This document shows, one piece after another, positions 27,616 through 37,327 of a stretch of DNA of 64,000 bases; within the stretch, counting starts at the first letter, position 1, and each line of letters starts with the position of its first letter. Position numbers and translations under genes: made by a program. This DNA comes from a virus. The DNA lies in the IMG/VR virus record IMGVR_UViG_3300035704_000002, positions 1 to 64,000 of that record. One strand, written 5' to 3'. The notes beneath the pieces were generated by a model that saw only the letters and a program-made list of their open reading frames with translations, had not been told where the DNA came from and made no database searches.

Positions 27616-28590
27616 CTACCGCTTGAGGGTGTAGACCTTGTCCGTCACGCGCACCGGTGCGTCCTGCGGTCCGCGCCAGTGCGTCTCGATGTCCCGCCGT
27701 TCGCGTACCAGTTCGCCCGTCTCCGGGTCGCGTACCCAGTAGTGCCGCGTGTGTGACTTCACCGGCACCCGCCACGCCAGTGGTGTACCGGTGCCGGTCT
27801 CGGCCGAGTGTTCATTGCGGCGCAACGAGATCACGGTGACGCGCGGTGGAATGTTGGCCCGACGCGCACGCCTGGACTCGGCACGGTGCAGTGGTTCGTC
27901 CACCACGTTGGCTACGGACTGCGCCATCAGTTCCCAGGTGGCCAGAACGTGATGCAGCGGTGAGTTGAGCCGCTCGGCGATCGATCGTCCCTGCGCCCGT
28001 AGTTCGACCTGCTTCTCCTCGGGAACCGGATGCCAATACGGCCCGATCCGGATGTCACGCGGCATCGGGATGATGTAGATCGGGTACAGGCCGCCGAACA
28101 TGTCGATCACCGTTTGCAACTCTGAGTTTTCCTGTAGTGCACGGGTGAACGAGTTGTTGATACGGCGCGTGTCCCACCACAGCGTGAACAGGGTGCCGGT
28201 GTGGACGTCCTGGGCGTCGGGGCGACCGACCCGCACCGGACCCCACGTGATGATGTTGACGTGCTGAGTGTTGCCGGACACTTCCTCGACATCCCATGGC
28301 TGATCGAGGGTCAGCACGCCGCATGCGCTGGGCGGCTCGAACTGCTCGATCCTGCTTACTTCGCGCAGTTGTTCGCCGTGTTGTAGCACGGTGCTGGCCA
28401 TGCGTACGTCAAGGTGGTAGGTGTCGGCGACGGCCAGGTGGTTGCGCAGCGCGGTGATCAGCACCTGATGATCGATATTGGGCACTCGCAGACTGATGCG
28501 TGTCATGGCCGTGATGTAGCGCTGCGCCGGTGTCGTGCCCATCACCTCGGTGAGTAGCGCGTGAATGTCCAGCGCTTCGGCCGGTCGCAC
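27616..28590 (-). CDS. hypothetical phage protein
   Basis: C-terminal WRVPVKSHTRHYW...HWRGPQDAP motif; AAGGAG RBS. Confidence 0.7.
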   Translation of the reverse strand: MRPAEALDIHALLTEVMGTTPAQRYITAMTRISLRVPNIDHQVLITALRNHLAVADTYHLDVRMASTVLQHGEQLREVSRIEQFEPPSACGVLTLDQPWDVEEVSGNTQHVNIITWGPVRVGRPDAQDVHTGTLFTLWWDTRRINNSFTRALQENSELQTVIDMFGGLYPIYIIPMPRDIRIGPYWHPVPEEKQVELRAQGRSIAERLNSPLHHVLATWELMAQSVANVVDEPLHRAESRRARRANIPPRVTVISLRRNEHSAETGTGTPLAWRVPVKSHTRHYWVRDPETGELVRERRDIETHWRGPQDAPVRVTDKVYTLKR

Positions 28591-28591
28591 G

Positions 28592-29173
28592 TCACACTCC
28601 TTCGCGTCTCGGACCGAACATCGGCGTCAGATCCATGTCGATGATCAGACGACAGCCGGCGCACTCGCAGGACGAGGGGCCGTCGGCGCCCAGGCCGGCG
28701 TGCAACGCCTTGCCGAACTCCTTTACGAAGGTGCGCAGCCGGTCGATCTCCCCGTCCCGATCGCGAATCGCGGTCATGGCAGCGGTTTCCGCCAGCTCGC
28801 GACTGATCTTCAGCTCCCACGTCAGCCGTTCGGCGTTCGTCACCAGGTCGGCCAACGTCTGCTTCTTGGGGCGTTCACCCAGGTTTTGCGCCCGGTGCGC
28901 CAACGCGCTCGCCGAGTGGGTCACCGCGTCCAGTCGTTGCCGACCGGCCAGTTCGAACACCGTGCCGGCATCGAAGATCGCCGAGCGGCGGGCAGCCGAC
29001 CACACGCGTTCGTCGTGCCGTGTCTGGCCGATCAGCAGCCGCATGTACTTGTCGTGCTCGTCACGCTTCTCACGCAACGCGCGCGCCAGGCATTCGCGCA
29101 GTTCCTCGTCCGGCATGCCGGCGGCGATCTGATCGAACACGTCCGGCGCGGCCGGTCGCACGTCACTGGTCAT
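28592..29173 (-). CDS. coiled-coil hypothetical protein
   Basis: Operon packing, CECAGC. Confidence 0.55.
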   Translation of the reverse strand: MTSDVRPAAPDVFDQIAAGMPDEELRECLARALREKRDEHDKYMRLLIGQTRHDERVWSAARRSAIFDAGTVFELAGRQRLDAVTHSASALAHRAQNLGERPKKQTLADLVTNAERLTWELKISRELAETAAMTAIRDRDGEIDRLRTFVKEFGKALHAGLGADGPSSCECAGCRLIIDMDLTPMFGPRREGV

Positions 29174-29555
29174 GTTGGGCCACCCGTGCGCCGTTGACCA
29201 TGTTTCGCGCGTTGAGCGCCTGGGCGTAGGTGTCGGTGCGGTACAGCGAGGGAACGGCCGCGTCGCCGCCACCGATGATCCGACCGGTGAGCGGATTCAC
29301 CGCTACGTAGGCACAGTTGTGGATGAAGGGCGGCACGTTTACCAGGTGGCCGCGTGGCACGACGGTGGCGCCGGCTTCCACGTACTCCTGCTCGAATGAG
29401 GCGATACGCTCGATGACCCAGCCGGCCGACAGACTGGTTCGCGTGGCACGGAAGCGCAGGCTGTCCACCACGGCGTAGTGGGGTACGTCGACATCGGGCG
29501 CATTGGTGAACATGGCAGCGGCCGAGATGACCGCACTAGGAACGGTGATGTCCAT
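29163..29555 (-). CDS. hypothetical protein
   Basis: GAGGA RBS before ATG 29555. Confidence 0.55.
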   Translation of the reverse strand: MDITVPSAVISAAAMFTNAPDVDVPHYAVVDSLRFRATRTSLSAGWVIERIASFEQEYVEAGATVVPRGHLVNVPPFIHNCAYVAVNPLTGRIIGGGDAAVPSLYRTDTYAQALNARNMVNGARVAQHDQ

Positions 29556-29620
29556 GATGTCCTCACGGGTTGGGTGTCCCGACGGGCGCGGGCGGGAGGC
29601 AAGCCGCGCCCGTCGGGGGC

Positions 29621-30028
29621 TCAGACGGCGAACGCGTCGTGGTCGTCCTGCTGGCGCAGGGCCGAGGCGCAGACCCATTCCAGCGCGAACGTCAGGGCGG
29701 CCTCGGCGCTGCGGAAGTCGTCGGCCTGCACGACGCCGGACTCCGGTGTCTGGTAGGTGGCGGCCAGCGCGCTCTCGCCGGTCTGGTCGGGCGAGACGCC
29801 CATGGTGGCCAGCACGGTGATGCCGGAGTAGTCCTGCGCCACCTCGATGAGCTGGAGCACCCAGGTGTTGGGCCGGGGCACCCACACGTCGATGTGGGCG
29901 ACGCCTACGCCGAACGACGTGTGGGTGCCGACCGGCATGGTCGTCACGTTCGTGACGGTCCGCGCGAACCGCTGGGCCGGCGTGCGGCCACGCAGCGCGG
30001 GGATCGTCTCGGTGATGGTGGCGGCCAT
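29621..30028 (-). CDS. hypothetical protein
   Basis: CAGGAGG RBS after a motif promoter. Confidence 0.65.
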   Translation of the reverse strand: MAATITETIPALRGRTPAQRFARTVTNVTTMPVGTHTSFGVGVAHIDVWVPRPNTWVLQLIEVAQDYSGITVLATMGVSPDQTGESALAATYQTPESGVVQADDFRSAEAALTFALEWVCASALRQQDDHDAFAV

Positions 30029-30077
30029 GTGGACCTCCTGGGTGAGGGAGTGGTGGGCCGGTCGGCCCGATAAAGCA

Positions 30078-30106
30078 AGATTAGCCGCTCTAGCTAGGCT
30101 TGTCAA
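30078..30106 (-). promoter_or_regulatory. Conserved promoter/operator copy, leadered
   Basis: TTGACA-AGCCTAGCTAGAGCGGC-TAATCT. Confidence 0.85.
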
Positions 30107-30107
30107 G

Positions 30108-30641
30108 CTACGAGTCGGCCGGTCCGCACCCATCCCAGAACGCGCCCCTGGACAGCGGGTTGTCCTCTCCGGTCACCACGATCGAAGGCACCTCGCCGGA
30201 CTCGATCACGCCATGCTGGATCCGCCGGTTCCGCTCGACCCGCTTGGATATCGAGTCGTCATCCTCGTAGCGCACGACCACCTGGCCGCCCAGGTGCGCC
30301 ACGTGCTGCATGACGATCGTCTGGTAGTTGGGGGAGGTCGCCACGAACTGCCCGTTCACCCAGACACTGAAACCGCTGTAGCTGTCCGCCGGGCGGTACA
30401 CGGCGATCACGTCGGTCACCGCGTCGGGGCTGGACTCGTCCAGCACGACGATCGTGTCGACACCGGCCGCGTCCGCATCCGCATCGCAACCGGGGCACGA
30501 GCTGGTCAGTAGATAGTCGTGCCGGCATTCCGTCCGACTGGCCACCTCCCGGCCGGGGCCGGCGATGAAGAACTCGGGCCAGCGCCGGACGTCGTCCACG
30601 GTGGGCGGTCGACACAGGACGTTGGCGGGTGGGATGCGCAT
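30108..30641 (-). CDS. hypothetical protein
   Basis: AAGGAG RBS before ATG 30641; ECRHDYLLTSSCPGC. Confidence 0.6.
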   Translation of the reverse strand: MRIPPANVLCRPPTVDDVRRWPEFFIAGPGREVASRTECRHDYLLTSSCPGCDADADAAGVDTIVVLDESSPDAVTDVIAVYRPADSYSGFSVWVNGQFVATSPNYQTIVMQHVAHLGGQVVVRYEDDDSISKRVERNRRIQHGVIESGEVPSIVVTGEDNPLSRGAFWDGCGPADS

Positions 30642-30664
30642 GGTCACTCCTTTTGTTCGACGGG

Positions 30665-30696
30665 TCCGGCCGGGCGCGCCCTGGCGCCCGGCCGGA
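30665..30696. terminator. hairpin
   Basis: tccggccgggcgc / gcgcccggccgga. Confidence 0.55.
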
Positions 30697-30700
30697 TGCT

Positions 30701-31666
30701 TCAGAACTTGTTGCGCTGGCGGCGCTTGCCTTCGGCCCACACGCGCACCGTCTCGATCGGCTGGTCGCGATGGGCGGCCAGGGCCACGATCGCCGGCTCG
30801 CGCTTCTCGGCGTCCTCGAACGGGTCGCTGGCCAGCAGTTCGGTCGCCCGTACCGTCTTGATCTCGGCGTTGCGGCCGGTCCCGACGACCAGCTTGCCCA
30901 GTGCGGCGGCCTTCTCGGCCAGCCGTCGCGTCTCGGCGGCCACGGTGAAGTGGGTCTTGTAGTTGAGTCCGGCGGTGACCGTCTGGACCTGCTTGCAATC
31001 CGGGCAGACGGCGCACTTGCCGTAGGCGCGCTGTAGGCCGCGCTCGTTGCCCGCGAACCGCACTCCCTTGCCGCTGCCGGTGCACATGTCCGGGTCGACC
31101 GGCTTGTCCATCACGGGCGCACTGGGGAAGCAGTGCGAGCACAGGGTTTCGGCGGCTTGCTGCAACGTGGCGATGGCCGTGGCTTCGTCCATCCCGCTGA
31201 ACTCGGGGCGCCAGAACCGCTCCGAGCGGTATTCGGCTCGGTCCAGTGTGCCGCCGACACAGTGGTAGCCGGAGTGGATGTGCACGCACTGCACGAACCG
31301 CGTCCAGCCGCCGCGCCGGGTGAACTCGGCGTCCAGCCGGTCGAACTCGGCCCGGTTGAGGTTCACGGCCAGGAACGCGGTGGCTAGGCCGACCAGCGCC
31401 TGAGTGGCGGTCACGTCGCCGGAGTTGCGGCGCTCCCGGCAGGTGGCTTCGGCCTGCTCGTGCGCCATGACCCACTGCTCGTTCTTGTGCACCAGCCGGC
31501 GCTGCTTGGTGTCTCCAGCGGCCTGGTGGACGCGCTCCAGGGCGATACGGACTCCCTGGTGCAGGCCGGGCAGCGTGTGGTCCAGGCCGGCCAGCGCGGT
31601 GTCGATGTCGACCGGCGTGGCGGTGGTCGGGTCGGTGATCGCTTGGGCTCTGGTCATCGCGTCCAT
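30701..31666 (-). CDS. multi-Zn-finger hypothetical phage protein
   Basis: GGWTRF...HIH...C, LCSHCFPSAPV, CTGSG, CPDC; leaderless start. Confidence 0.7.
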   Translation of the reverse strand: MDAMTRAQAITDPTTATPVDIDTALAGLDHTLPGLHQGVRIALERVHQAAGDTKQRRLVHKNEQWVMAHEQAEATCRERRNSGDVTATQALVGLATAFLAVNLNRAEFDRLDAEFTRRGGWTRFVQCVHIHSGYHCVGGTLDRAEYRSERFWRPEFSGMDEATAIATLQQAAETLCSHCFPSAPVMDKPVDPDMCTGSGKGVRFAGNERGLQRAYGKCAVCPDCKQVQTVTAGLNYKTHFTVAAETRRLAEKAAALGKLVVGTGRNAEIKTVRATELLASDPFEDAEKREPAIVALAAHRDQPIETVRVWAEGKRRQRNKF

Positions 31667-31672
31667 AAACCA

Positions 31673-31701
31673 AGTATGACCGAGTTAGCTAGGCTTGTCA
31701 A
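31673..31701 (-). promoter_or_regulatory. Conserved promoter/operator copy, leaderless
   Basis: TTGACA-AGCCTAGCTAACTCGGT-CATACT-6 nt-ATG(31666). Confidence 0.85.
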
Positions 31702-31774
31702 GCCTGGCCAACCCGGTCACACCGGCGCCGTCCACCATCCATCCACTCTCTGTCCACGGACGTGTGGTAGCGGC

Positions 31775-32377
31775 CTACCAGCCCATCAGCATCAGGTGCG
31801 AGAGCAGATCACCGGCCTGCTCGGGCTGGGCGACCAGGTCCAGCAGCATCGTGCGCGCCTCGGTCAGCCAGTCGCGCGTGCCGGCCACGGTGCACCGGTC
31901 GACATCGTGCGTGCGTAGGGCGCCGGTGGAGTTGCGGGTGATCACCTGCATCGCTTCGCGCAGACTGATCGACAGGTCGCCGTGCAATGCCAGTTCGTGC
32001 CAGATGTGAGCGCGGGTCTCCGTCCGGATCAGCCGCTCGCCGTAGTAGTCGACCACGGCGGCCATGGCCCAGTGCTTCGTGGTGAGGTCGGCGATCAGTT
32101 CGGCGCGCCATTCGTTGATGCTCTTGCGCAGTTCTCGGCGCGCCTGGATAGCCGCTATGCGCACCTGGTCGCGATCGTCATGCTGCACGGCGACGTAGCC
32201 GGAGCCGGAGCACGAGACGATCATCTTGTCGTCCACGCGGTGCTCGGCGACGACTTTGGTGTTCGGCTTCAACGTGACGTCCTAGAGGCAGATCAGGCAG
32301 GTGGGGAGCGACTTGACGCGTTCCGCGACGGGAAGCAGGTTGATGAGCTGTTCGGCGGTGGGCGTGGTGATGGACAT
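31775..32377 (-). pseudogene. Zn-ribbon protein with an in-frame TAG at 32282-32284
   Basis: GAAGGA RBS and ATG 32377; MSITTPTAEQ...PTCLICL*DVTLKPNTKVVAEH...CSGSG in one frame. Confidence 0.65.
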
Positions 32378-32411
32378 CGGTCGGTCCTTCCGATACGGGT
32401 TGTGTGATGTG

Positions 32412-32440
32412 AATGTAGCCTAGCTATCAAGGCTTGACAA
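32412..32440 (-). promoter_or_regulatory. Conserved promoter/operator copy, leadered
   Basis: TTGTCA-AGCCTTGATAGCTAGGC-TACATT. Confidence 0.85.
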
Positions 32441-32556
32441 GCCTAGATGTGGGACCAGCACGCCACCAGCGCCGATGACCGGCGCTGCTCCCGCACTCGG
32501 CCGCACCGGTGCGCCACACTGCGCACCGACCAAACCTCACGGAGGGATCACCGCTC

Positions 32557-33030
32557 ATGTGCGCGTTCTACAACGGGGCCGGCTCTCGGCTCACCAAGAC
32601 TCAGGTGCTGGCGCTGACCCAGACGCCGGCCGTGGCCGACCCGCCGTTGCAGTTCACGGCGCCGGTGTACCAGACCTACTCCGAAGACAACGACCCGCGC
32701 GACTTCGAAGACCTCAACCGCGTGATGTGGACGACCGGCGAGGTGGTGCCCACCAGTGTGATCACCGGCGCGTTCGTGCTCGCCACGATCGCGTCGATCA
32801 CGCCGAACGCGGGCCTGGCGGCCGGCGGTACGGCCATCGTGATCAAGGGCACCGACTTCGGCGGCACGGTCGGCGTGACCATCGGCGCCGTGGCGTGTAC
32901 CAGCGTCAAGGTGGTCGACTCCAAGACGATCACCGCCGTCTCGCCGGCCAAGACGGCCGGCACGTACGACGTCATCGTGCAGGACGACGCGGGCAACGTC
33001 ACGGCCACGGCCGCGTTCACCACGGCCTGA
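32557..33030 (+). CDS. IPT/TIG (Ig-like) domain protein, probably virion-associated
   Basis: IASITPNAG..AGGTAIVIKGTDF...VTIG...ITAVSPA..AGTYDVIV; GGAGG RBS. Confidence 0.85.
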   Translation: MCAFYNGAGSRLTKTQVLALTQTPAVADPPLQFTAPVYQTYSEDNDPRDFEDLNRVMWTTGEVVPTSVITGAFVLATIASITPNAGLAAGGTAIVIKGTDFGGTVGVTIGAVACTSVKVVDSKTITAVSPAKTAGTYDVIVQDDAGNVTATAAFTTA

Positions 33031-33046
33031 TCAGACGCCGGGCCGC

Positions 33047-33562
33047 CTACTTTTGATGACGGGCGGCCCGGCGTCGTGCGCTGTTGCGATTGGAAGCCAG
33101 AACGCAGATCTTGCAGCGTCGGTATGTTCGACCGCGCCCCTGGTGGTAGTACGTATTTTCTTCGGTGAGTGCGTGACCATTCGAGCAATGATCTTTATCT
33201 AGATTGGCACGCGAGGGCGATCGGCCACGTAGCCAGTTTTCGCGCTGTGTCACTGGCTCTAGGTGAGCCGGGTTGACGCATCTGCGATGGGAACAGTCCA
33301 ATCCGCCAGGGCAACTCTGATCTTGACTGTGACATATGTGATCGAGACCCATGTTGTCAGGGATGGGTCCTACCAGAAGCGCGTAGACCAATCGGTGCGC
33401 TTTGATCTGAACTTTTTTCCCGACTGATCGGCGCCCGTAACCGCTGGCCGCATTGATATTGCCTTGCCAGGGCCAGCATCCTGACCTGGTTTCGTGCGCA
33501 CGGGATTCCGCGATGAGTTGTTCTACGGTCTTCACCGTGCCATGATGACTCTGGCACGCCAT
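33047..33562 (-). CDS. Free-standing HNH endonuclease
   Basis: CWPWQG, GYG, AHRLVY, LDHIC, CVNPAHLEPVTQREN, HCSNGH...ENTY...C..C; visibly lower GC. Confidence 0.9.
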   Translation of the reverse strand: MACQSHHGTVKTVEQLIAESRAHETRSGCWPWQGNINAASGYGRRSVGKKVQIKAHRLVYALLVGPIPDNMGLDHICHSQDQSCPGGLDCSHRRCVNPAHLEPVTQRENWLRGRSPSRANLDKDHCSNGHALTEENTYYHQGRGRTYRRCKICVLASNRNSARRRAARHQK

Positions 33563-33592
33563 GATGACAAGTTACTGGGGTTGATCGAATTG

Positions 33593-34486
33593 ATGGCACT
33601 TGGGCACGCGAAGACCGGCGTCGTCGTCGGCCTCGTCGCCGCCGATCTCGCTCACACCAGCATCATCGCCGGGCTTGCCCTGACCATGCTCACGGCCGGC
33701 GCCGCGCTGCTGCCCGACCTCGACCATCCCTCGGCGACCGCCGCGCGTGCGTTTGGTCCCGTTACCGAGCTGATCGCCGGCCTGCTGGATCGAGCGGGAG
33801 TGTGGATCTACAACGCCACCGCCACTCGATACGACCGGCGGGTACGCGACGGACACCGCACCATCACCCACACCGCGATCTTCGCACTGCTCGCCGGCAC
33901 TGGCGTCGGCGCGCTGGACGCCGCCGTGGGCCGCTGGGCGCTGCTGGGCACGCTGTTCGTGCTCGCCTCCCTGGCCGTGCGCGGACTGACCGCCTCGCCC
34001 CGGCGCGATCCCCGCGCGCACCGCGTCCTGCACCGCGTCCGGGTGATCAGCCGCGCACTGCACTGGAGCGCGCGAACCCGCAAGCGCGCGCACCGCTTCC
34101 ACGCCAACGCCCTGAGCGTCAGCGCGTACGCCATCGTGTTCACCGCCGCCTGCTACTTCGCTGTGCCCCAGATCGATCCGTTGCTGCTGGGCGAATGTGT
34201 CGCACTGGGCTGCTGGACGCACTGCCTCGGCGACTCGTGCACCCTGGCCGGCTGCCCGTGGCTGTGGCCGCTGCGCATCAAGGGCCGGCACTGGTACCCC
34301 ATTGGCACACCGCAGTTCCTGCGCTTCCGCACCGGCGGCAACAACGACGGCGGCGTCAGCGGTGAATACCGGTTCGGCGTCGCGCTGAATCTCGCGATCA
34401 TCGCGGCGGCGGCCGTCCTGATCGACCCGTGGGTCGTCACGGTCATCCGCGACGCGCACGGTGCCTACAACGCGCTGACACCCTGA
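33593..34486 (+). CDS. Membrane-bound metal-dependent hydrolase (YdjM-like)
   Basis: GH..TG, LLPDLDHP, HRTITHT, HCLGD..T..GCP.LWP. Confidence 0.85.
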   Translation: MALGHAKTGVVVGLVAADLAHTSIIAGLALTMLTAGAALLPDLDHPSATAARAFGPVTELIAGLLDRAGVWIYNATATRYDRRVRDGHRTITHTAIFALLAGTGVGALDAAVGRWALLGTLFVLASLAVRGLTASPRRDPRAHRVLHRVRVISRALHWSARTRKRAHRFHANALSVSAYAIVFTAACYFAVPQIDPLLLGECVALGCWTHCLGDSCTLAGCPWLWPLRIKGRHWYPIGTPQFLRFRTGGNNDGGVSGEYRFGVALNLAIIAAAAVLIDPWVVTVIRDAHGAYNALTP

Positions 34487-34942
34487 TCGTCACACCACAC
34501 CAACGCGGTCTCGCCGTCCCGCAACACGATCTGCGTATCAGCGCCCCGATATCCCGCCGGGGCGCTGTCCGCGTAGCGCACATCCACGATGAACTCGGCC
34601 CGGTCCACCCGCCAGCGCCAGCCCTCCACGTGCGCGTGCAGCGCGCCGCACCGGATCAGCGCGCCGGTGGCCAGATCCTGCGGCGGCACCGGCGTCCAGG
34701 CCATCACGCCGACCGATCCACGCGCTGCCACGCCATCCCCAGCGCCGGCCCGACAAGGCAGGCCAGCCCGAAGCCGCCCAGACCCCAGTGCAGGCGCGCC
34801 GGATCGAGTGGGCCGGTACTCACGTAGCAGGCCAGGGCCAGGAGACCGGACACGTACACCAGCGTGCTCCACGCGACGACGCGGACACGGCGGTAAGCCA
34901 GACGCATTGGAATAATCCCCGAGTTCGTTGGTGTCAAAGACA

Positions 34943-34979
34943 ACGGCGCCCGGCCTCCGCGAAAGAGACCGGGCGCCGT
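34943..34979. terminator. hairpin downstream of the HTH gene
   Basis: acggcgcccgg / ccgggcgccgt. Confidence 0.55.
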
Positions 34980-34994
34980 CTTCCTGTTGTTGTT

Positions 34995-35594
34995 CTACAC
35001 CGCCACCGCGTCAGGTTGCGGTGTGGCCGCCTTCTCGGCGCTCTGCCGGCGCGTGGTACGGCCACGTGGCGCACGCTCGCGCAGCCATACGCGCACCGCC
35101 GCGCCTTCGTGCACGACGAAGGGAACGCCGGAGTGGCCGTCCTCGTCGCGCTCGCGCAGCGCCACCGGCGGCGGGAAGTGCGCGTCACGCGCCTTCCAGC
35201 GGCGGATCGTCTGCTCGTGCACCCTGGCCAGCGCGGCGATCTCCACGACGGAGAGCAGGTCGCGCGCGGCGGCGTCCTCGGCGCTGACCTTGGGCAGCGG
35301 CGTGTAGGTGCCGCCCAGGTTCAGGTCGGTGGACGCGTTGCGCCGCTTCAGGCAGTCCTCGACCTGCGTGGTGCTGTAGTAGGGGTTGGTGCCGATGCGG
35401 GCCGCCGGCCGGGACAGCGCGCCCAACGGGTTGATGGCGGAGGTGATCGGCTCCCTGGACAGTAGGTCGGTGATCGTGGTCGGGCTGAACCCGGTCAGTT
35501 CCGATACCTGAGCCACGGTCAGATACGTCCGTGCGGTCTCCAGGTCGTCGTACAGGTCCGGGACGTTCGCGATCCACTGAGCCCTGGTGTTCAT
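34995..35594 (-). CDS. Tandem AlpA/MerR-like helix-turn-helix DNA-binding protein
   Basis: YLTVAQVSELTGFSPTTI and LLSVVEIAALARVHEQTIRRW...FPPP; AGGAGG RBS. Confidence 0.75.
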   Translation of the reverse strand: MNTRAQWIANVPDLYDDLETARTYLTVAQVSELTGFSPTTITDLLSREPITSAINPLGALSRPAARIGTNPYYSTTQVEDCLKRRNASTDLNLGGTYTPLPKVSAEDAAARDLLSVVEIAALARVHEQTIRRWKARDAHFPPPVALRERDEDGHSGVPFVVHEGAAVRVWLRERAPRGRTTRRQSAEKAATPQPDAVAV

Positions 35595-35632
35595 GTCACC
35601 TCCTGTGTGCGGGTGCGTGCGTGCTTGCGGCT

Positions 35633-35661
35633 ATGCTAGCCGAGTTACCCCGGCTGGTCAA
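35633..35661 (-). promoter_or_regulatory. Conserved promoter/operator copy upstream of the HTH gene
   Basis: TTGACC-AGCCGGGGTAACTCGGC-TAGCAT. Confidence 0.8.
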
Positions 35662-35670
35662 GCTGGCTGA

Positions 35671-36012
35671 TCACGAGCCCGGAATGGGATGCCACACCCA
35701 GTGCTGTCGGCGTCCCCGCTCGGTCAGCACCCAGTGCTGGGCATCACGCACCCGCACCCAGCCCACCTCTCGGATGTGCCCCAGTGCGGCCTCCTCGGCG
35801 TCGGTCCACGGACTGCCCGGCACTGTGCCGATGTGCCGGAAGCCCGCCGCGTGAAACGGTGACGTCCAGCTCGATCGGCTTGACCGCGCCAGGAACACCA
35901 CACTGCCGGACTGCACAGCCATCAGCATGTCGCCTTCCGGGCTATCCCGCTCGATCGCCAGCTCGGCCGGCGACGACTCCTCGGTCCGCGTCTCGACCTC
36001 CGAATCCGTCAT
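35671..36012 (-). CDS. hypothetical protein
   Basis: GGAGG RBS, ATGA overlap. Confidence 0.5.
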   Translation of the reverse strand: MTDSEVETRTEESSPAELAIERDSPEGDMLMAVQSGSVVFLARSSRSSWTSPFHAAGFRHIGTVPGSPWTDAEEAALGHIREVGWVRVRDAQHWVLTERGRRQHWVWHPIPGS

Positions 36013-36286
36013 TGCAGCGGCACCTCCACTCCCTGCTCGGCTGCCGCCGCGTTCAACTGCTCGCGCGTCGCCGGGTCGAACCAGTCACCCTCCACCATCT
36101 CGGCGGCCGGTACCGGTGGCAGTGGCAGCGCTTCGGCGCGCCACACCGGCATGCCGAGCAGCATCCACACGCGCAGCGTGTGCGCGGCCCGTGTCGCCAG
36201 GCCGGGCGCGGGTAGCCGTGGTGACCACGAGGTGGACAGGATCACCGTGGTGCGCACCGGTGGGTCGGCTCTGTCACCTGGCGCGC

Positions 36287-36793
36287 TCACCGTGTCGTGC
36301 TGACGTCGCCGGGCGGACGGTCGTCGCTCATCGCCGCGTGCTGCTGTACCCACTTCTGCGGCAGCACCGTGACCGCGATATCGACCGTGGCCACCTTCGT
36401 CCTGTCGTTGCGCAGGAAGGCGACCGATTCGGGGGCGTGCGTGGTGTGCAGGTGAAGCCCGATCGGGATGACGTCCCGTTCGATACATTCGCGCATCACG
36501 GAACGCAGTGCGGCCACCAGGGAATTGATCGGGTTGTTCAGTGTCTGCGCCTGGTGGGCGAGGATGCCGAGAAGCTGTTCAGGGCTGAGCGAAGCGCTCA
36601 CGTCCGCCGCCGTCGCCCCGGATTGCCGCCACGTCCAATGCAGTGTGCCGACCATCACGCCCTGGTCCTGAATGACGTCGATGTGGATCGGTGTTGGCGG
36701 TCGATCCTGACGGGTAACTACGTTGCGGCCAATGTTGTAGAACCGGTCGATGTCCCGTTCGCTGGTCGCGGATGCGCTGCTGGAATCGCTCAC
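36287..36793 (-). CDS. hypothetical protein
   Basis: GTGA overlap. Confidence 0.55.
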   Translation of the reverse strand: MSDSSSASATSERDIDRFYNIGRNVVTRQDRPPTPIHIDVIQDQGVMVGTLHWTWRQSGATAADVSASLSPEQLLGILAHQAQTLNNPINSLVAALRSVMRECIERDVIPIGLHLHTTHAPESVAFLRNDRTKVATVDIAVTVLPQKWVQQHAAMSDDRPPGDVSTTR

Positions 36794-37230
36794 GTGGCCG
36801 CTCCCGATTCGGCGACCGGTGTGACGTCGGCTGGCTGCACCGGTGGTTCGGCGTACGCGGCCGACAGCACGGCCAGCGCGAAGTCGACCATGTCGGTGGG
36901 TGGCATGCGCACGGACACGACGGCGGGTCCGTGCTGGAGGGTCAGCGCCACGTGCTCCGCACTCTCGCGATGTACGGCCAGAACCGGGTACTGCGCGCCT
37001 TCGTCCAGTTCTGCGGCGCGCAGCAGGCCGTACCAGTGCCGTTCGCGCGCCAGATCGTCCCGATAGGTCGGCACGGCGGGCACGGGGGCGCCGTCGGCGA
37101 ACACGGCGATGGCCGCGTCGGCGAGCGGACCGAGAGGCGCGGCCAACGCCATGCTGCTGGGCATGTGCATGGTGGCGCTGGAGAGTTTGGCGCGGAATTC
37201 CTTGATCAAGGTGGCTCGAAGATCGGTCAC
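36790..37230 (-). CDS. hypothetical protein
   Basis: GAGGAGG RBS. Confidence 0.6.
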   Translation of the reverse strand: MTDLRATLIKEFRAKLSSATMHMPSSMALAAPLGPLADAAIAVFADGAPVPAVPTYRDDLARERHWYGLLRAAELDEGAQYPVLAVHRESAEHVALTLQHGPAVVSVRMPPTDMVDFALAVLSAAYAEPPVQPADVTPVAESGAAT

Positions 37231-37327
37231 CAGGTGTTCCTCCTCGGGCGTCGGGATGGTTAACCTGCGAATACTAGCCCCGGCTAGTCGTACCTAGCTA
37301 GTCCGGCTACCATTGACGGCGAGAAGT

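Noticed and set aside
30108-31673. 521-aa ORF from the track
   Set aside because: The upstream part is an alternate frame of 30701-31666; only 30108-30641 has an RBS-supported start
32282-32284. Genome-wide TAG reassignment
   Set aside because: Only one internal TAG was found, many genes end sensibly at TAG, and no tRNA is seen
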